From contig NZ_CBDCAT010000024.1 of assembly GCF_965214065.1 (NCBI RefSeq), forward strand, positions 5,345-69,344: DNA of 64,000 nucleotides, read 5' to 3'. A program made the position numbers and the translations under genes. This stretch comes from Candidatus Poriferisocius sp. (lineage in GTDB: Bacteria; Actinomycetota; Acidimicrobiia; Acidimicrobiales; Bin134). Of this stretch, positions 9,691 through 18,917 are shown piece after piece. How positions within the stretch are numbered: the stretch's first letter is position 1; each line of letters begins with the position of its first letter. Under the pieces are notes generated by a model, which searched no databases, was not told the origin of the DNA, and saw only the letters and a list, made by a program, of their open reading frames with translations.

Positions 9691-11094
9691 GGGTCTGTCA
9701 GATTTTTTGTGTATGCGGGCGTGATGGTTTTCATTTGATGTGGTCGGCGATCCGGTCGCCGTAGTGGACGGTCAGCGTGTTCAGTATGGCCTTCCAGCCG
9801 TTGGTCTTGCCGGTGAGGTTGCTGCGGTTCTTTCGTTTGGCGGTGGCGACAAGGTAGAGGATCTTCATCGCGGCCTGCTCGTTGGGGAAGTGCCCTCTGT
9901 GCCGGACCGCTCGTCGGAACCGGGCGTTGAGGCTCTCGACGGCGTTGGTGGTGTAGACGACGCGGCGCAGCTCGGCGGGGAACTCCAGGAACGGTGTGAA
10001 CTCGGTCCAGCTGTTGCGCCAGGCTCGGATCATGGCCGGGTAGGTGTCCTCCCAGTCTTCGGCGAAGGCCTCGAAGAGTGCCTCGGCGGCCCCGACGGTG
10101 GGGGCGGTGTAGATCTCCCGCATTGATCGGGTGATCGGCCCCCTGTGCGTCTTGGACGCGTACCTGAGGCTGTTGCGGACCATGTGCACCACGCAGGTCT
10201 GCACCACCGCGTCGGGCCAGGTGGCGCGGATCGAGTCGGGCAGGCCTTTGAGCCCGTCGCAGCACACGATCAACGCGTCGGCCAGGCCCCGGTTGCGGAG
10301 CTCGCCCAGCATGGCCGCCCACTGCTTGGCGCCCTCGCCGCCCGATGGGCCCAGCCACAGGCCCAAGACGTCGCGCTCGCCTTGGAGATCGACGCCGATG
10401 GCGACATAGACGGGCCGGTTCGCGACCTGCGAGTCGCGGACCTTGACCACTATCGCGTCGATCAGCAGAACCGCATAGACCGCGTCGAGGGGGCGGTTCT
10501 GCCACACGGCCATGTCGGAGACGATCTCGTCGGTGATCTTCGAAATCGTCTCCCTGCTCACCGAGGTGTCGTAGATCTCGGCCAGGTGCGCCTGGATCTC
10601 GCCGGTGGTGAGCCCCTTCGCATAGAGACTGATCACGTTGCCCGACAAACCGTCCAAGCGGCGCCGGTGCTTGGGCACCGTGACGGGCTCGAACGTCCCC
10701 GCCCGGTCGCGCGGCACCCGAAGGTCGATCTCGCCGATCTCGGTGGTGACCCGCTTGGGCGAAGAGCCGTTGCGCGAGTTCCCCGACCCCCGGCCCTCCG
10801 GGGCGTGGCGCTCATAGCCCAAATGGTCGGCCATCTCGACCTCCAAGCCCGTCTGGAGGACCTGGCGGACAAGCCCCGTCAACAGCCCCCCGTCGCCGGT
10901 CAGATCCACGCCATCGGCGCGGGCCCGCTCGACCAACAGCTCGGCCCAGTCCTGCATCGCCGCCTCACCGGCGGCCTCGTCCGCCGACACCGCCGGCATA
11001 TCCTGATCAGTCATAGACATGATCCTTCCCGGCCCGCAGCACCAAACCGCGGACCCTCAGATCACGCCCGATACACAAAATTCCTGACAGACCC
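9691..11094 (-). mobile_element. IS256-family insertion sequence
   Basis: Imperfect terminal inverted repeats of about 34 bp: GGGTCTGTCAGATTTTTTGTGTATGCGGGCGTGAT (9691-9725) versus the reverse complement of 11061-11094. No obvious 8-bp target duplication. Confidence 0.85.
9731..11020 (-). CDS. IS256-family (Mutator-type) transposase
   Basis: 429 aa, typical IS256 transposase layout including CCDGLKGLPDSI. Confidence 0.9.
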   Translation of the reverse strand: MSMTDQDMPAVSADEAAGEAAMQDWAELLVERARADGVDLTGDGGLLTGLVRQVLQTGLEVEMADHLGYERHAPEGRGSGNSRNGSSPKRVTTEIGEIDLRVPRDRAGTFEPVTVPKHRRRLDGLSGNVISLYAKGLTTGEIQAHLAEIYDTSVSRETISKITDEIVSDMAVWQNRPLDAVYAVLLIDAIVVKVRDSQVANRPVYVAIGVDLQGERDVLGLWLGPSGGEGAKQWAAMLGELRNRGLADALIVCCDGLKGLPDSIRATWPDAVVQTCVVHMVRNSLRYASKTHRGPITRSMREIYTAPTVGAAEALFEAFAEDWEDTYPAMIRAWRNSWTEFTPFLEFPAELRRVVYTTNAVESLNARFRRAVRHRGHFPNEQAAMKILYLVATAKRKNRSNLTGKTNGWKAILNTLTVHYGDRIADHIK

Positions 11095-11246
11095 CAGCAC
11101 AGAGCCGAATCCCCAACAGCCAACCAGCAAAGACCGCTCAAGCCCCCAACCCGCAGCGAACAGCGAGCCGAATCAGTTCCACACGTTTGCACTAAAGTCC
11201 CCGCCATACACTGCATATCCCAACGGCGAATAGCTATACTGTTCAG

Positions 11247-11543
11247 ATGGAGCCGATACGGATACTCAGCGATTCCGAGCTCGCCGCGGCCGAGAAGGAG
11301 CTTCGCCGGCGGGAGCGCCAGCGCCGGCTGGAGGGGTCGTCTCAGCTCAGGGATTTGGAGGCGAACTCCAAGGCTGTGACGCAGCTGCAGTCCCGCCTTG
11401 ACGATGCCCGCGCCCATCGCGCCAAGCTCATCGAGCAGGCCCTCAAAGCGGGCCACAGCCGCTTCGAGGTCGCGGACGCGGCCGGGATCACGGTTCGGCG
11501 CCTCGATGCCATTCGCTTCTCAGCTGCACAGAGCCCTCGCTAA
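11247..11543 (+). CDS. Hypothetical coiled-coil/HTH-like small protein
   Basis: 98-aa ORF with non-biased composition. No recognisable family. Confidence 0.4.
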   Translation: MEPIRILSDSELAAAEKELRRRERQRRLEGSSQLRDLEANSKAVTQLQSRLDDARAHRAKLIEQALKAGHSRFEVADAAGITVRRLDAIRFSAAQSPR

Positions 11544-12060
11544 CAGGGCCCGCAAGCTGCACCCTGATCCAACAACACCGAATCGGCTCCTAGCCGCAGC
11601 GCCATAGATCGACGCAGCACCTTGGTGCAGGCGTGTGGACGGAAATCGCCCTCTGTTCGCTGCTGGTGCTCGATGGGAGCTTCGGCCTGTGGTGATTCTG
11701 TGTGCTGGGGTGTTTCAGGCTGGGCTGGGCACCTTGGTTGGCTCATTGAGGTCGTCGGTTCCAGGTTCGCTCTGTGCGGTTTCGTCGAATGGCTCATGGT
11801 TCGACATGGAGTGCGCCAGCGATTTTCTGGGGCTGGCAGACCTCCACCCTTCGAGGGCGACGGCCGCGGCGAATTCGACCCCAACGGCCAAATCAGTGCG
11901 ATGACCGCATGAGCCCAACCACAACAAATCCGAGTGTCACTGTTGGGTCTGCCGGGGCCCTCAGCCGGGGGGTTACGGTCCGGTCCTGCGCTCGGCGTTG
12001 ACTCCACAAGATATTGGCCTTGTGCCTGTTGTCAGACGTGTCGCGTCGAGTGTGGGGCCG

Positions 12061-12126
12061 GCAGGAGCGCTTTTGTCTTGAAGGGAGCCTGATCATCTCG
12101 ACTCGGTTGTGACGAAGCGCTCCTGC
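12061..12126 (+). ncRNA. Candidate structured RNA in the IS110 left end (bridge-RNA-like)
   Basis: Perfect 12-bp inverted repeat GCAGGAGCGCTT (12061-12072) / AAGCGCTCCTGC (12115-12126) encloses 42 nt. It ends 43 nt before the IS110 transposase ATG. Confidence 0.35.
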
Positions 12127-12169
12127 GGTTCCCGGACCACCGGAACATAACTTCCAGCAGGAGCACAGC

Positions 12170-13255
12170 ATGACATTTCCAGTCGGGGGCATCGACCCCC
12201 ACCAAGACACCTTCACCGTCGGCATCGTCAACCGCCACGGCGTCGAGATCGTCTGTGAGACCTTCTCGAACACCGCGGCCGGCTACGGCGAGGCGATCGA
12301 TTTGCTCGACTCTCACACCGTCCGCCAGGTCGGCGTCGAGGGCTCGGCCAAATGGGGAGCGCACGTCGCGATCGCGTTGTGCGCGGCAGGGTTCGACGCC
12401 CGCGAGGTCCCCGCGTCGCGCTCAGCGGCCCAGCGCCGCTCGCGGCGCCTGGAAAAGACCGACGCCGTCGACGCGGTCGCCTCAGCGCGCGCCTTGTTGG
12501 CCGAGCCCGAGCTGGGACCCGTCCAAGCACTGGAGGTCTACGACCCGCTCGTCGCCGAGATCGAAGCGGTGCTCGAGCACCGCCGAGCCCTGGTAGCAGC
12601 CAGAACACTCATGCTGCACCACACCGCCGACCAGATCTCCAAGCTCCCCACCGAGGTCCGCGACCAGCTCGACACCGGCGGCAAGATCGAAGGCCGGCTA
12701 CGGCGCCTCGAACACATCGACCCCGCTTGTGCGGCCACCCCCTCGGGCGCGTACCGGCTCGCATGGCTCCAGAACTTCATCGACCAAGACCGCGCCGCCC
12801 GCAGCGAGATCCGCCGATTGGAACGGCTCATCGACGAGCTGCTCGACCGTCACGGCACCACCCTGCGCGACGAACCAGGCATCGGCCCCATCTCAGCAGC
12901 CACCCTGGTGTGCGAGGTCGGAGACCCCCACCGGTTCGGCAGCGAGTCCAAATTCGCCCGCTGGTGCGGCACCGGCGCCGTCGCGCTTTCCTCCGGTGAA
13001 GGCACAGGCAACCCAATCAAACACCGCCGCGACTTTCGGGGCAACCGGCGCATCAACAGCGTGCTCCACATCGCGTCGGTCACCCAGGCCCGACAACAGC
13101 CTGACGCGGTCGCCTACCTCGCCCGCAAAGCCGCCGAAGGCAAGACCCGACGCGAAGCCCGCCGAGCCCACAAACGCCACCTCGCCAACCGCGTCATACG
13201 CCGAATGTGGCGCGACGAACAAACCCGAAAACAACCCCTCGCACACGCCGCTTGA
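12170..13255 (+). CDS. IS110-family transposase (DEDD recombinase)
   Basis: 361 aa. N-terminal GIDPHQDTFTV DEDD motif and a C-terminal Transposase_20-like region (IPGIGP-type EPGIGPISAATLV). Confidence 0.9.
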   Translation: MTFPVGGIDPHQDTFTVGIVNRHGVEIVCETFSNTAAGYGEAIDLLDSHTVRQVGVEGSAKWGAHVAIALCAAGFDAREVPASRSAAQRRSRRLEKTDAVDAVASARALLAEPELGPVQALEVYDPLVAEIEAVLEHRRALVAARTLMLHHTADQISKLPTEVRDQLDTGGKIEGRLRRLEHIDPACAATPSGAYRLAWLQNFIDQDRAARSEIRRLERLIDELLDRHGTTLRDEPGIGPISAATLVCEVGDPHRFGSESKFARWCGTGAVALSSGEGTGNPIKHRRDFRGNRRINSVLHIASVTQARQQPDAVAYLARKAAEGKTRREARRAHKRHLANRVIRRMWRDEQTRKQPLAHAA

Positions 13256-13310
13256 CAAGGGAGCGTCCGACAGACCCCTTCCCTCGGTTTGTCCAGCGGG
13301 ACCTAAGGAG

Positions 13311-13505
13311 CTACGAGTCCTTTCGGCGTCCCAAGCGTAGTTTGCTGTGTTTGGTTCTTGTCTCCAGCCGGTACAAATAAGCGGCGACCAAAAGCGACAT
13401 GGCAATGGCGGACAGAATGAACGGTGTCGGTGGCCAACTCGATATGGTAGAGACTGCCGCTATGACCAGAACGCTCTGGTAGGGCTTAGGCTTGGGGACC
13501 CTCAT
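13311..13505 (-). CDS. Small 2-TM membrane protein, hypothetical
   Basis: ATG 13505 preceded by AAGGAAG. 64 aa with two hydrophobic helices. ATGA overlap with the upstream ORF. Confidence 0.35.
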   Translation of the reverse strand: MRVPKPKPYQSVLVIAAVSTISSWPPTPFILSAIAMSLLVAAYLYRLETRTKHSKLRLGRRKDS

Positions 13506-13750
13506 TTCTTCCTTCTTGCCCACATGGGCGGGCGTGTGGCAGCCCCGTAGCGGGCTTTGTTGTAGCGGTGAACCACCGCCGCCAAAGGCACGCCTACGCC
13601 GACCCAAATGACCAAATCCCACGGGCCCGACAGGGGTATAAACCAAAGCCCCACCCGCAAGCTGGCCAAAACAACAACGACTTGAACGAGGCTCACGAGC
13701 GGCGGAGGCCCGAGCGGGCCTCTATCGCTGCTGCTTCCAGATGATTCCAC
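13502..13750 (-). CDS. Small 2-TM membrane protein, hypothetical
   Basis: 82-aa ORF (GTG start) with two hydrophobic helices. Confidence 0.35.
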   Translation of the reverse strand: MESSGSSSDRGPLGPPPLVSLVQVVVVLASLRVGLWFIPLSGPWDLVIWVGVGVPLAAVVHRYNKARYGAATRPPMWARRKK

Positions 13751-14146
13751 CGATTGCTCCCAACATTTCCTAAATCACTTTGCAATAGCAGCTGGCCCTT
13801 ACTGCCTTCTACACTATATCAACGAGAGTCTGTCCGTATAGCATCGCAATCTGCCAGCTGCTGAAGACACCCCTTGTTAAGCTCTCCCAGCATACGTCGA
13901 ACAGCAGATTCAGTTGTGGCCTCCGTTGGCCGGGAGTCAATCATATAAGGAACGGCTCCCGGCGAGGTGCCCGGTCCAGGGATCAAGCGGCAGGGCAGTC
14001 CGCTTTGTCTGACAGGACGCTGGAAGTATCACAAGTCAAGATCGGAAATTGTGGACAGGTATGGTGAGCCAAGAGCAGGGTATGGTCACCACCGTACCGG
14101 CCTTTACGACCTCGAAGCTCTATCTCCTCGGCAATCAAGTAGAAGT

Positions 14147-17080
14147 TCAGCTGCAGCGCTCCACCTCGGTATCGCCTATTTTGTTCTTCTCGCCCTTAGG
14201 CTTTGCCTGAGTGCCGATGTCATACCAACCGGCGCTGGGAACTTCGAACTCCGCCGACGCGCCAGCAGCTTCAGGCCTGTTCTCGTGATGCCCGCCGCTC
14301 TTGATCTCCGTCACCCACACCTGAACCGGCAGGTTCGCCGGAGACTTGGCCCAAGACACAGAGATTACCCAAGCAGAACTCGTCCGCGAACACGAGACCG
14401 ACTCGAATACCAGTGACGCCCTAGGCGTCGGTGTCGGCGTAGCGGTTGGCGTCGGCTTGGCCGGAGAAGCGGTACCGTCTATCCAATTCGAGAACCCTCC
14501 GGCGTTGAAAGCCGCCACTCTCACCTCATAGGGCGAACCGTTGGAAAGCCCCGTAATCGTGTGCGAAGTGGCCAGATCCGAGCCGTACTCTAGATCCTTG
14601 TATTGGGCGGCTGCCTCGGCCTGGTCCCACGTCTGGGAGGCCTGCTTCCACTGCACCTGATATCCGAACTCCGCAGCCGGCGTATCCGACGACGCCGTCC
14701 AAGAAACCTTTATCTGCTTGTCTCCAGCAGTCAGCAACAAATCCGAAGCAGGTCCAGGAGGGTTCGAAACTGTATCATGCTTGGAATCCCCAGAAGTGTC
14801 GTCAGGATTAGGGGTTGGGGTTGGGGTTGGCGTGCGGAATGGAGGCGGCGGTGTAGGCGTAGCGTCTGGGTTGGTGCTAAGTGCATCGCAGGCCTTTTCA
14901 AGGAACTCGCCCAAGAACAGGCTGCCTGCAAGTTCGTAGAGAGTCTTATAGGGGCTATTGCTAACGTAGTTGATGGACATGCCAGTAACATTCGATGCAG
15001 TGAACTTGCCGTCTGAAGTACAACCCGACTTGAGTATCGCGTCTTGATGTGTGCCGTAGTTGCTTCGCCGTCGCGAACACTGATATTCGAGCGCTTTGTC
15101 AATTATGTACGATGTTCCTATAGCGACGTAAGCGTTTCCACCAGTGAACACTGTAGCTCCTAGTGTAACCAAGTTTTCTGTTAGGAATTGCCCTGTCTCG
15201 GTGCAGATAGCCTTCATTGTTGCGTCATATGCTGTTTTCAAACCGTCCGAGATGGTCTCGCCTATGTCAATGAACACATTTAGGATATTTCCAGTTGTAC
15301 CCTTGTCTTCTATGGCCTTATAGCAATCATGGTTATTGTCTAGTTGTTCCCACTCACCAGGATTGGCAGAGGCAACTTTTCCGCTCTTGTAAAATTCGTT
15401 CAGTTGTTCGTGTGTCATGACTTCAGGAGTTGCAGATGTATACACGAAGTAAATTAATGGTAGTGGTAGTGACAAGTTTTGGTATCCCGCTGGGCAGTTG
15501 TGCGGGTCGTGTTTGGTGGTGGTTGTGTGTGGTTTGCGGTCTGTGGTGGTTGTGACGCATTTGTTGTCGGCGTTGGGGGGTGTTTCGTCGTCGCATGTGT
15601 AGGTGACTCGTTGTCTGTGTATGCATTTGGTGCCTGACAATCTACTGTCTTCGTCACAGGTGTAGGCGGGCCGGGTTTTGCATTTGGTGCCTGACCGGGT
15701 GCTGCCTTCGTTGCATGTGTAGGCGGGCCGGGTTTTGGTGGTGCATTCGTTGTCGGTGTTGGGGGTCGAGTTGTCGGCGCATGTGTAGGTCACCGACGAG
15801 GGAGGGCGCGTGTGGACGCATTTGCCGGCCGACTCGTCTCCTATTTTGCATTCCGGGTCGGTGTAGGTGGTCTTGATGCAGTAGTCGCCCTGGAGGGTTT
15901 CGCCGCTGTCGCAGTCCGGGTCGGTGTAGGTGGTCTTGACGCAGTAGTTGCCCTGGAGGGTTTCGCCGCTGTCGCAGTCCGGGTCGGTGAGGGCTGTGTC
16001 TGTGCATCTATTGCCCGACAGGGACCCTTTCGCGCATGTCGGGTTTGTCCGGCTGGTGGTCGTGCAGGTGCCCCGGTTGGAGTCGAGGGCAGCCGCGCTC
16101 GACGTGCAGTAGGGGGTGGCGACGGTGTGCCGGTAGCAGAAGTCGCCTTTCTTGCTGTAGCCGCTGGGGCAGACCTTGCTGGTTGAGGTTTGAGCGGACA
16201 CGTTGATGCAGGCTCCCCAAAGAAGAACGTATCCCGCTGGGCATTGGGCCACCTGAGTTTCTACGCAAACGGGGATGCCGAAAGCCCCGGTGCCGAGCTT
16301 GCCCGAGGCGCACCGCCATGACGCCGCGGTGGTCGTGGTGGTGACGCACTTGCCGTTTCGCAGGCTGCCGCTGGCGCAGATCGGAGTTCCGGTATCTACG
16401 GTGGTTGCACACTTGCCGAACACCAAGTTGCCGCTGGCGCACGTGGCGACCTCGGAGGTGGTGGTGGCGCACTTGCCGTTTCGCGGGCGGCCGCTGGCGC
16501 AGGTCGCTATCTCGGAGGTGGTGGTGGCGCACTTGTTGTTGGAGTTGGGGGGCGACCCGTCGCCGCAGGCCGGTGTTCCCACGGTGCGCTCGCATACTTC
16601 CAAGACGCTCTGGCCGACGAGGGTGTACCTCTTCAAGTCATAGCCGGTATCGCAGACCGGCGTGGAGATTGCAGGCCTCGTCGTCACGCACCACCCGCTC
16701 TGGTCCGGCACACAACTCGCCTCAGCGTCCGTCACGCACCACCCGTCCTGGTCCGGCACACAACTCGCCTCGGCGTCCGTCTCGGTGACGCACACCAAGC
16801 CATAGTCCGGCACACAACTCGCCTCAGCGTCCGTCACGGTAGTCGTCGTCTTTACACACCGCTCGGCGACCCCAGACGACGGGGCGCTGTCCTCCAGGTC
16901 GTACCCATCGGGGCACGTCGTCACAGTCTCGGGCTCGTGGGCCTGGGCGGCGGGAACAGCGATCGCGCTGAACAAAACAGCAGCCACAACGAACACGACA
17001 AGCCCTCCGGCCCGCCGTTTCCTGAACCCGGCCCCGCTAGCAGTCGGATACGGACGGTGAGGCTTTGTCGATGCGGACAT
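14147..17080 (-). CDS. Large secreted Cys-rich modular repeat protein with FN3 domain
   Basis: Start set at ATG 17080 (AGGAGG RBS). The N-terminal signal/anchor is GGLVVFVVAAVLFSAIAVPAAQA. Three families of Cys-pair repeats are present: TDAEASCVPDxxGWCV, GKCATTTSExATCASG and TYTDPDCDSGETLQGxYC. There is a low-GC central domain, a P/T linker, and an FN3-like region (IKVSWTAS...YEVRVAAFNAGG). Confidence 0.8.
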   Translation of the reverse strand: MSASTKPHRPYPTASGAGFRKRRAGGLVVFVVAAVLFSAIAVPAAQAHEPETVTTCPDGYDLEDSAPSSGVAERCVKTTTTVTDAEASCVPDYGLVCVTETDAEASCVPDQDGWCVTDAEASCVPDQSGWCVTTRPAISTPVCDTGYDLKRYTLVGQSVLEVCERTVGTPACGDGSPPNSNNKCATTTSEIATCASGRPRNGKCATTTSEVATCASGNLVFGKCATTVDTGTPICASGSLRNGKCVTTTTTAASWRCASGKLGTGAFGIPVCVETQVAQCPAGYVLLWGACINVSAQTSTSKVCPSGYSKKGDFCYRHTVATPYCTSSAAALDSNRGTCTTTSRTNPTCAKGSLSGNRCTDTALTDPDCDSGETLQGNYCVKTTYTDPDCDSGETLQGDYCIKTTYTDPECKIGDESAGKCVHTRPPSSVTYTCADNSTPNTDNECTTKTRPAYTCNEGSTRSGTKCKTRPAYTCDEDSRLSGTKCIHRQRVTYTCDDETPPNADNKCVTTTTDRKPHTTTTKHDPHNCPAGYQNLSLPLPLIYFVYTSATPEVMTHEQLNEFYKSGKVASANPGEWEQLDNNHDCYKAIEDKGTTGNILNVFIDIGETISDGLKTAYDATMKAICTETGQFLTENLVTLGATVFTGGNAYVAIGTSYIIDKALEYQCSRRRSNYGTHQDAILKSGCTSDGKFTASNVTGMSINYVSNSPYKTLYELAGSLFLGEFLEKACDALSTNPDATPTPPPPFRTPTPTPTPNPDDTSGDSKHDTVSNPPGPASDLLLTAGDKQIKVSWTASSDTPAAEFGYQVQWKQASQTWDQAEAAAQYKDLEYGSDLATSHTITGLSNGSPYEVRVAAFNAGGFSNWIDGTASPAKPTPTATPTPTPRASLVFESVSCSRTSSAWVISVSWAKSPANLPVQVWVTEIKSGGHHENRPEAAGASAEFEVPSAGWYDIGTQAKPKGEKNKIGDTEVERCS
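15852..15990 (-). repeat. 63-bp in-frame tandem repeat (2.2 copies) inside the surface protein gene
   Basis: Units at 15852-15914 and 15915-15977 differ at 2 positions, plus a partial third copy. They encode the TYTDPDCDSGETLQGxYC modules. Confidence 0.8.
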
Positions 17081-17110
17081 GAGGCGGCCCTCCTGAAGGG
17101 ATCGGAAATG

Positions 17111-17131
17111 CGGCGGATATATGCCTTTATT
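17111..17131. repeat. IR-L of candidate invertible segment
   Basis: CGGCGGATATATGCCTTTATT. Its reverse complement occurs at 17463-17483 with 1 mismatch (20/21). Confidence 0.75.
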
Positions 17132-17462
17132 CGCCGCGTTCAGGCCCCTTGGGATGTGGAAGAGGTCGCTGGGGTTGCGGGCGCGGGACCCGCGCCCAAG
17201 CTGGGGATTCGCCAGACCGAGACGAGCAGCCGGAGCGGTGAGGCGTTCTTGGTCCTGGCTCTGCGGCGGCTGTGCTCTTGGCACCGGCCCCGTGCCGGTC
17301 GGCGTCTTGTGCGTGGCGGGGGGCCTCTTCGCCCAGCGGAGTCGGCCTGCTGGCTCGGTCCCTGTTTTGCCTGGTCGGCGGGGGTATTGCATGTTCGCCG
17401 TTGGGGCTGTGCCGTGTGGTGTTTGGGGAGGGGTTGACAGCATCTCTGGTTCTGAGCTAGGC

Positions 17463-17483
17463 AATAAAGGCATTTATCCGCCG
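17463..17483. repeat. IR-R of candidate invertible segment
   Basis: AATAAAGGCATTTATCCGCCG, the reverse complement of IR-L with 1 mismatch. Both arms translate to NKGIYPP in the ORF track. Confidence 0.75.
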
Positions 17484-17529
17484 GGTTGCAAGCTGTTGAC
17501 CAGGCTTTTCTCCTGGTTGTCGGCTGGGC

Positions 17530-18621
17530 TTGCACAGCGGGTGTGGGCTAGACATCGGCGGTGAATCCAACCACCACCCCCCCCCCGGCCATATGTGCTC
17601 GCATAGCGCCTCGGATGCCGGTGCTGGTCTTTGCTGTGTCAAGGGGCTGATCGCCCGGGCCGACGCCTCAGCGTTGTCTTTGAACACCCGAAAGACCTAT
17701 GAGACCGGGTGGAACAGCTGGGCCCGGTGGGCGGCGTCGAACGGTTACCGGGTTTCCAAGCCGACAGTCGAGAGGCTCCGGGACTGGCTGGCCTGCCTGC
17801 ATTTGGAGGGGAAGAAGCCCTCTACTTTGCGCACCTACCTGGCCGCTGTCGCCCACCGCCTACGCGGCCGCCGCGGCCCCAACCCGGCCCGCCACCCCCG
17901 CGTTAGCCTGCTGCTGGCAGGGCTTGCCCGCTACGCCGCTGAGCGCGGCGTCGCAACCCGGCAGGCCCAAGGGCTGCGCTGGGAGCGCATACTGCTGATC
18001 GAGGCCGCCGCACCCGCCTCGAGGCGCAATCAGCCCGGCGGGCGGCTGGAAACCCCCCAACAAGCCCGAAAACGCGCTGACACAGACATCGCCATGGCCG
18101 CCGTGGGCCACAACGGCGCCCTCAGGTGCTCGGAGCTGTTGGCCCTCACCTGGGGCGCTGTCGACTTCTCCGAAGGGCCGGGGCTGGCCACCATATGGAT
18201 CGGCCGCTCCAAGACCGACCAGAACGGCAAAGGCGCGGCCGTTCCCATCTCCGAATACGCCGCCCAAGCCCTCGCCCGATTGAGGCCAGAGGACTTCGAT
18301 CCCGACGCCCGCATATTCGATTTCTCGCCCAGCACCGCCCGCCGGCGCCTAAAAGCCGCCGCGAAAGCCGCAGGCATCGACCCCGCCGGGATCTCCACCC
18401 ACTCCCTGCGCGTCGGCATGGCCCAAGACCTCGCCGCCTCAGGAACAGGCACAATCGGCCTCATGCTCGCAGGCCGATGGGACACCACCGAAACCGCCGC
18501 CCAATACGCCCGCCGCCTCCAAGCCCAACACACCCCCGCCGCCCAATACCTCAAAACCCAACTCGCCGTGACAACAGGCCAATCCGAGCCCGGCGAAACC
18601 CGCAGACCGCAGGCAGCGTGA
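17530..18621 (+). CDS. Tyrosine recombinase (XerC/D / phage-integrase family); start uncertain
   Basis: N-terminal SAM-like core-binding region (LSLNTRKTYETGWNSW) and catalytic HSLRVGMAQDL and AAQYARRL (Tyr). Alternative start at ATG 17593. A C10 tract lies at 17577-17586. Confidence 0.8.
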   Translation: MHSGCGLDIGGESNHHPPPGHMCSHSASDAGAGLCCVKGLIARADASALSLNTRKTYETGWNSWARWAASNGYRVSKPTVERLRDWLACLHLEGKKPSTLRTYLAAVAHRLRGRRGPNPARHPRVSLLLAGLARYAAERGVATRQAQGLRWERILLIEAAAPASRRNQPGGRLETPQQARKRADTDIAMAAVGHNGALRCSELLALTWGAVDFSEGPGLATIWIGRSKTDQNGKGAAVPISEYAAQALARLRPEDFDPDARIFDFSPSTARRRLKAAAKAAGIDPAGISTHSLRVGMAQDLAASGTGTIGLMLAGRWDTTETAAQYARRLQAQHTPAAQYLKTQLAVTTGQSEPGETRRPQAA

Positions 18622-18917
18622 CACCCAGCGGCACTGAGTAGGCGGCCGATGGTCTGCAGATTCGCCTGCAAGAACGGGGTCTGGGACGGCTGGGACAACA
18701 TCGATCGAGCTATTGTCGAAGGCGCTGACCGCGTCGCCGCAGCCGCTCTCGCGGAACGCCTCAAGATGGCGAACGCAGGAATCTTCGGTGTCGACTCGGA
18801 AGGCGAGCGATCAGGCAGTCGAGCCCGCGGCGAGGCGGTGGAAGCCGTGCGGAGCCTTGCGTTGGCCCAAAAGAGCGGTCAACACCGAATCGGCTGGTGC
18901 TAGCGCGTCCGCGTCCG

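Noticed and set aside
13751-14146. Stretch of about 400 bp of lower-GC, ORF-free DNA downstream of the surface protein gene, considered as a possible ncRNA or mobile-element scar.
   Set aside because: I could find no repeats, stems or conserved motifs. The compositional oddity is noted under the mosaic-gene finding, but there is nothing specific to call.
17434-17463. Promoter call TTGACA-N18-TAGGCA inside the candidate invertible segment.
   Set aside because: The -35 is perfect, but the putative -10 matches the consensus poorly and I cannot score it. It is mentioned only as a hint in the inverton finding and is not annotated as a feature.
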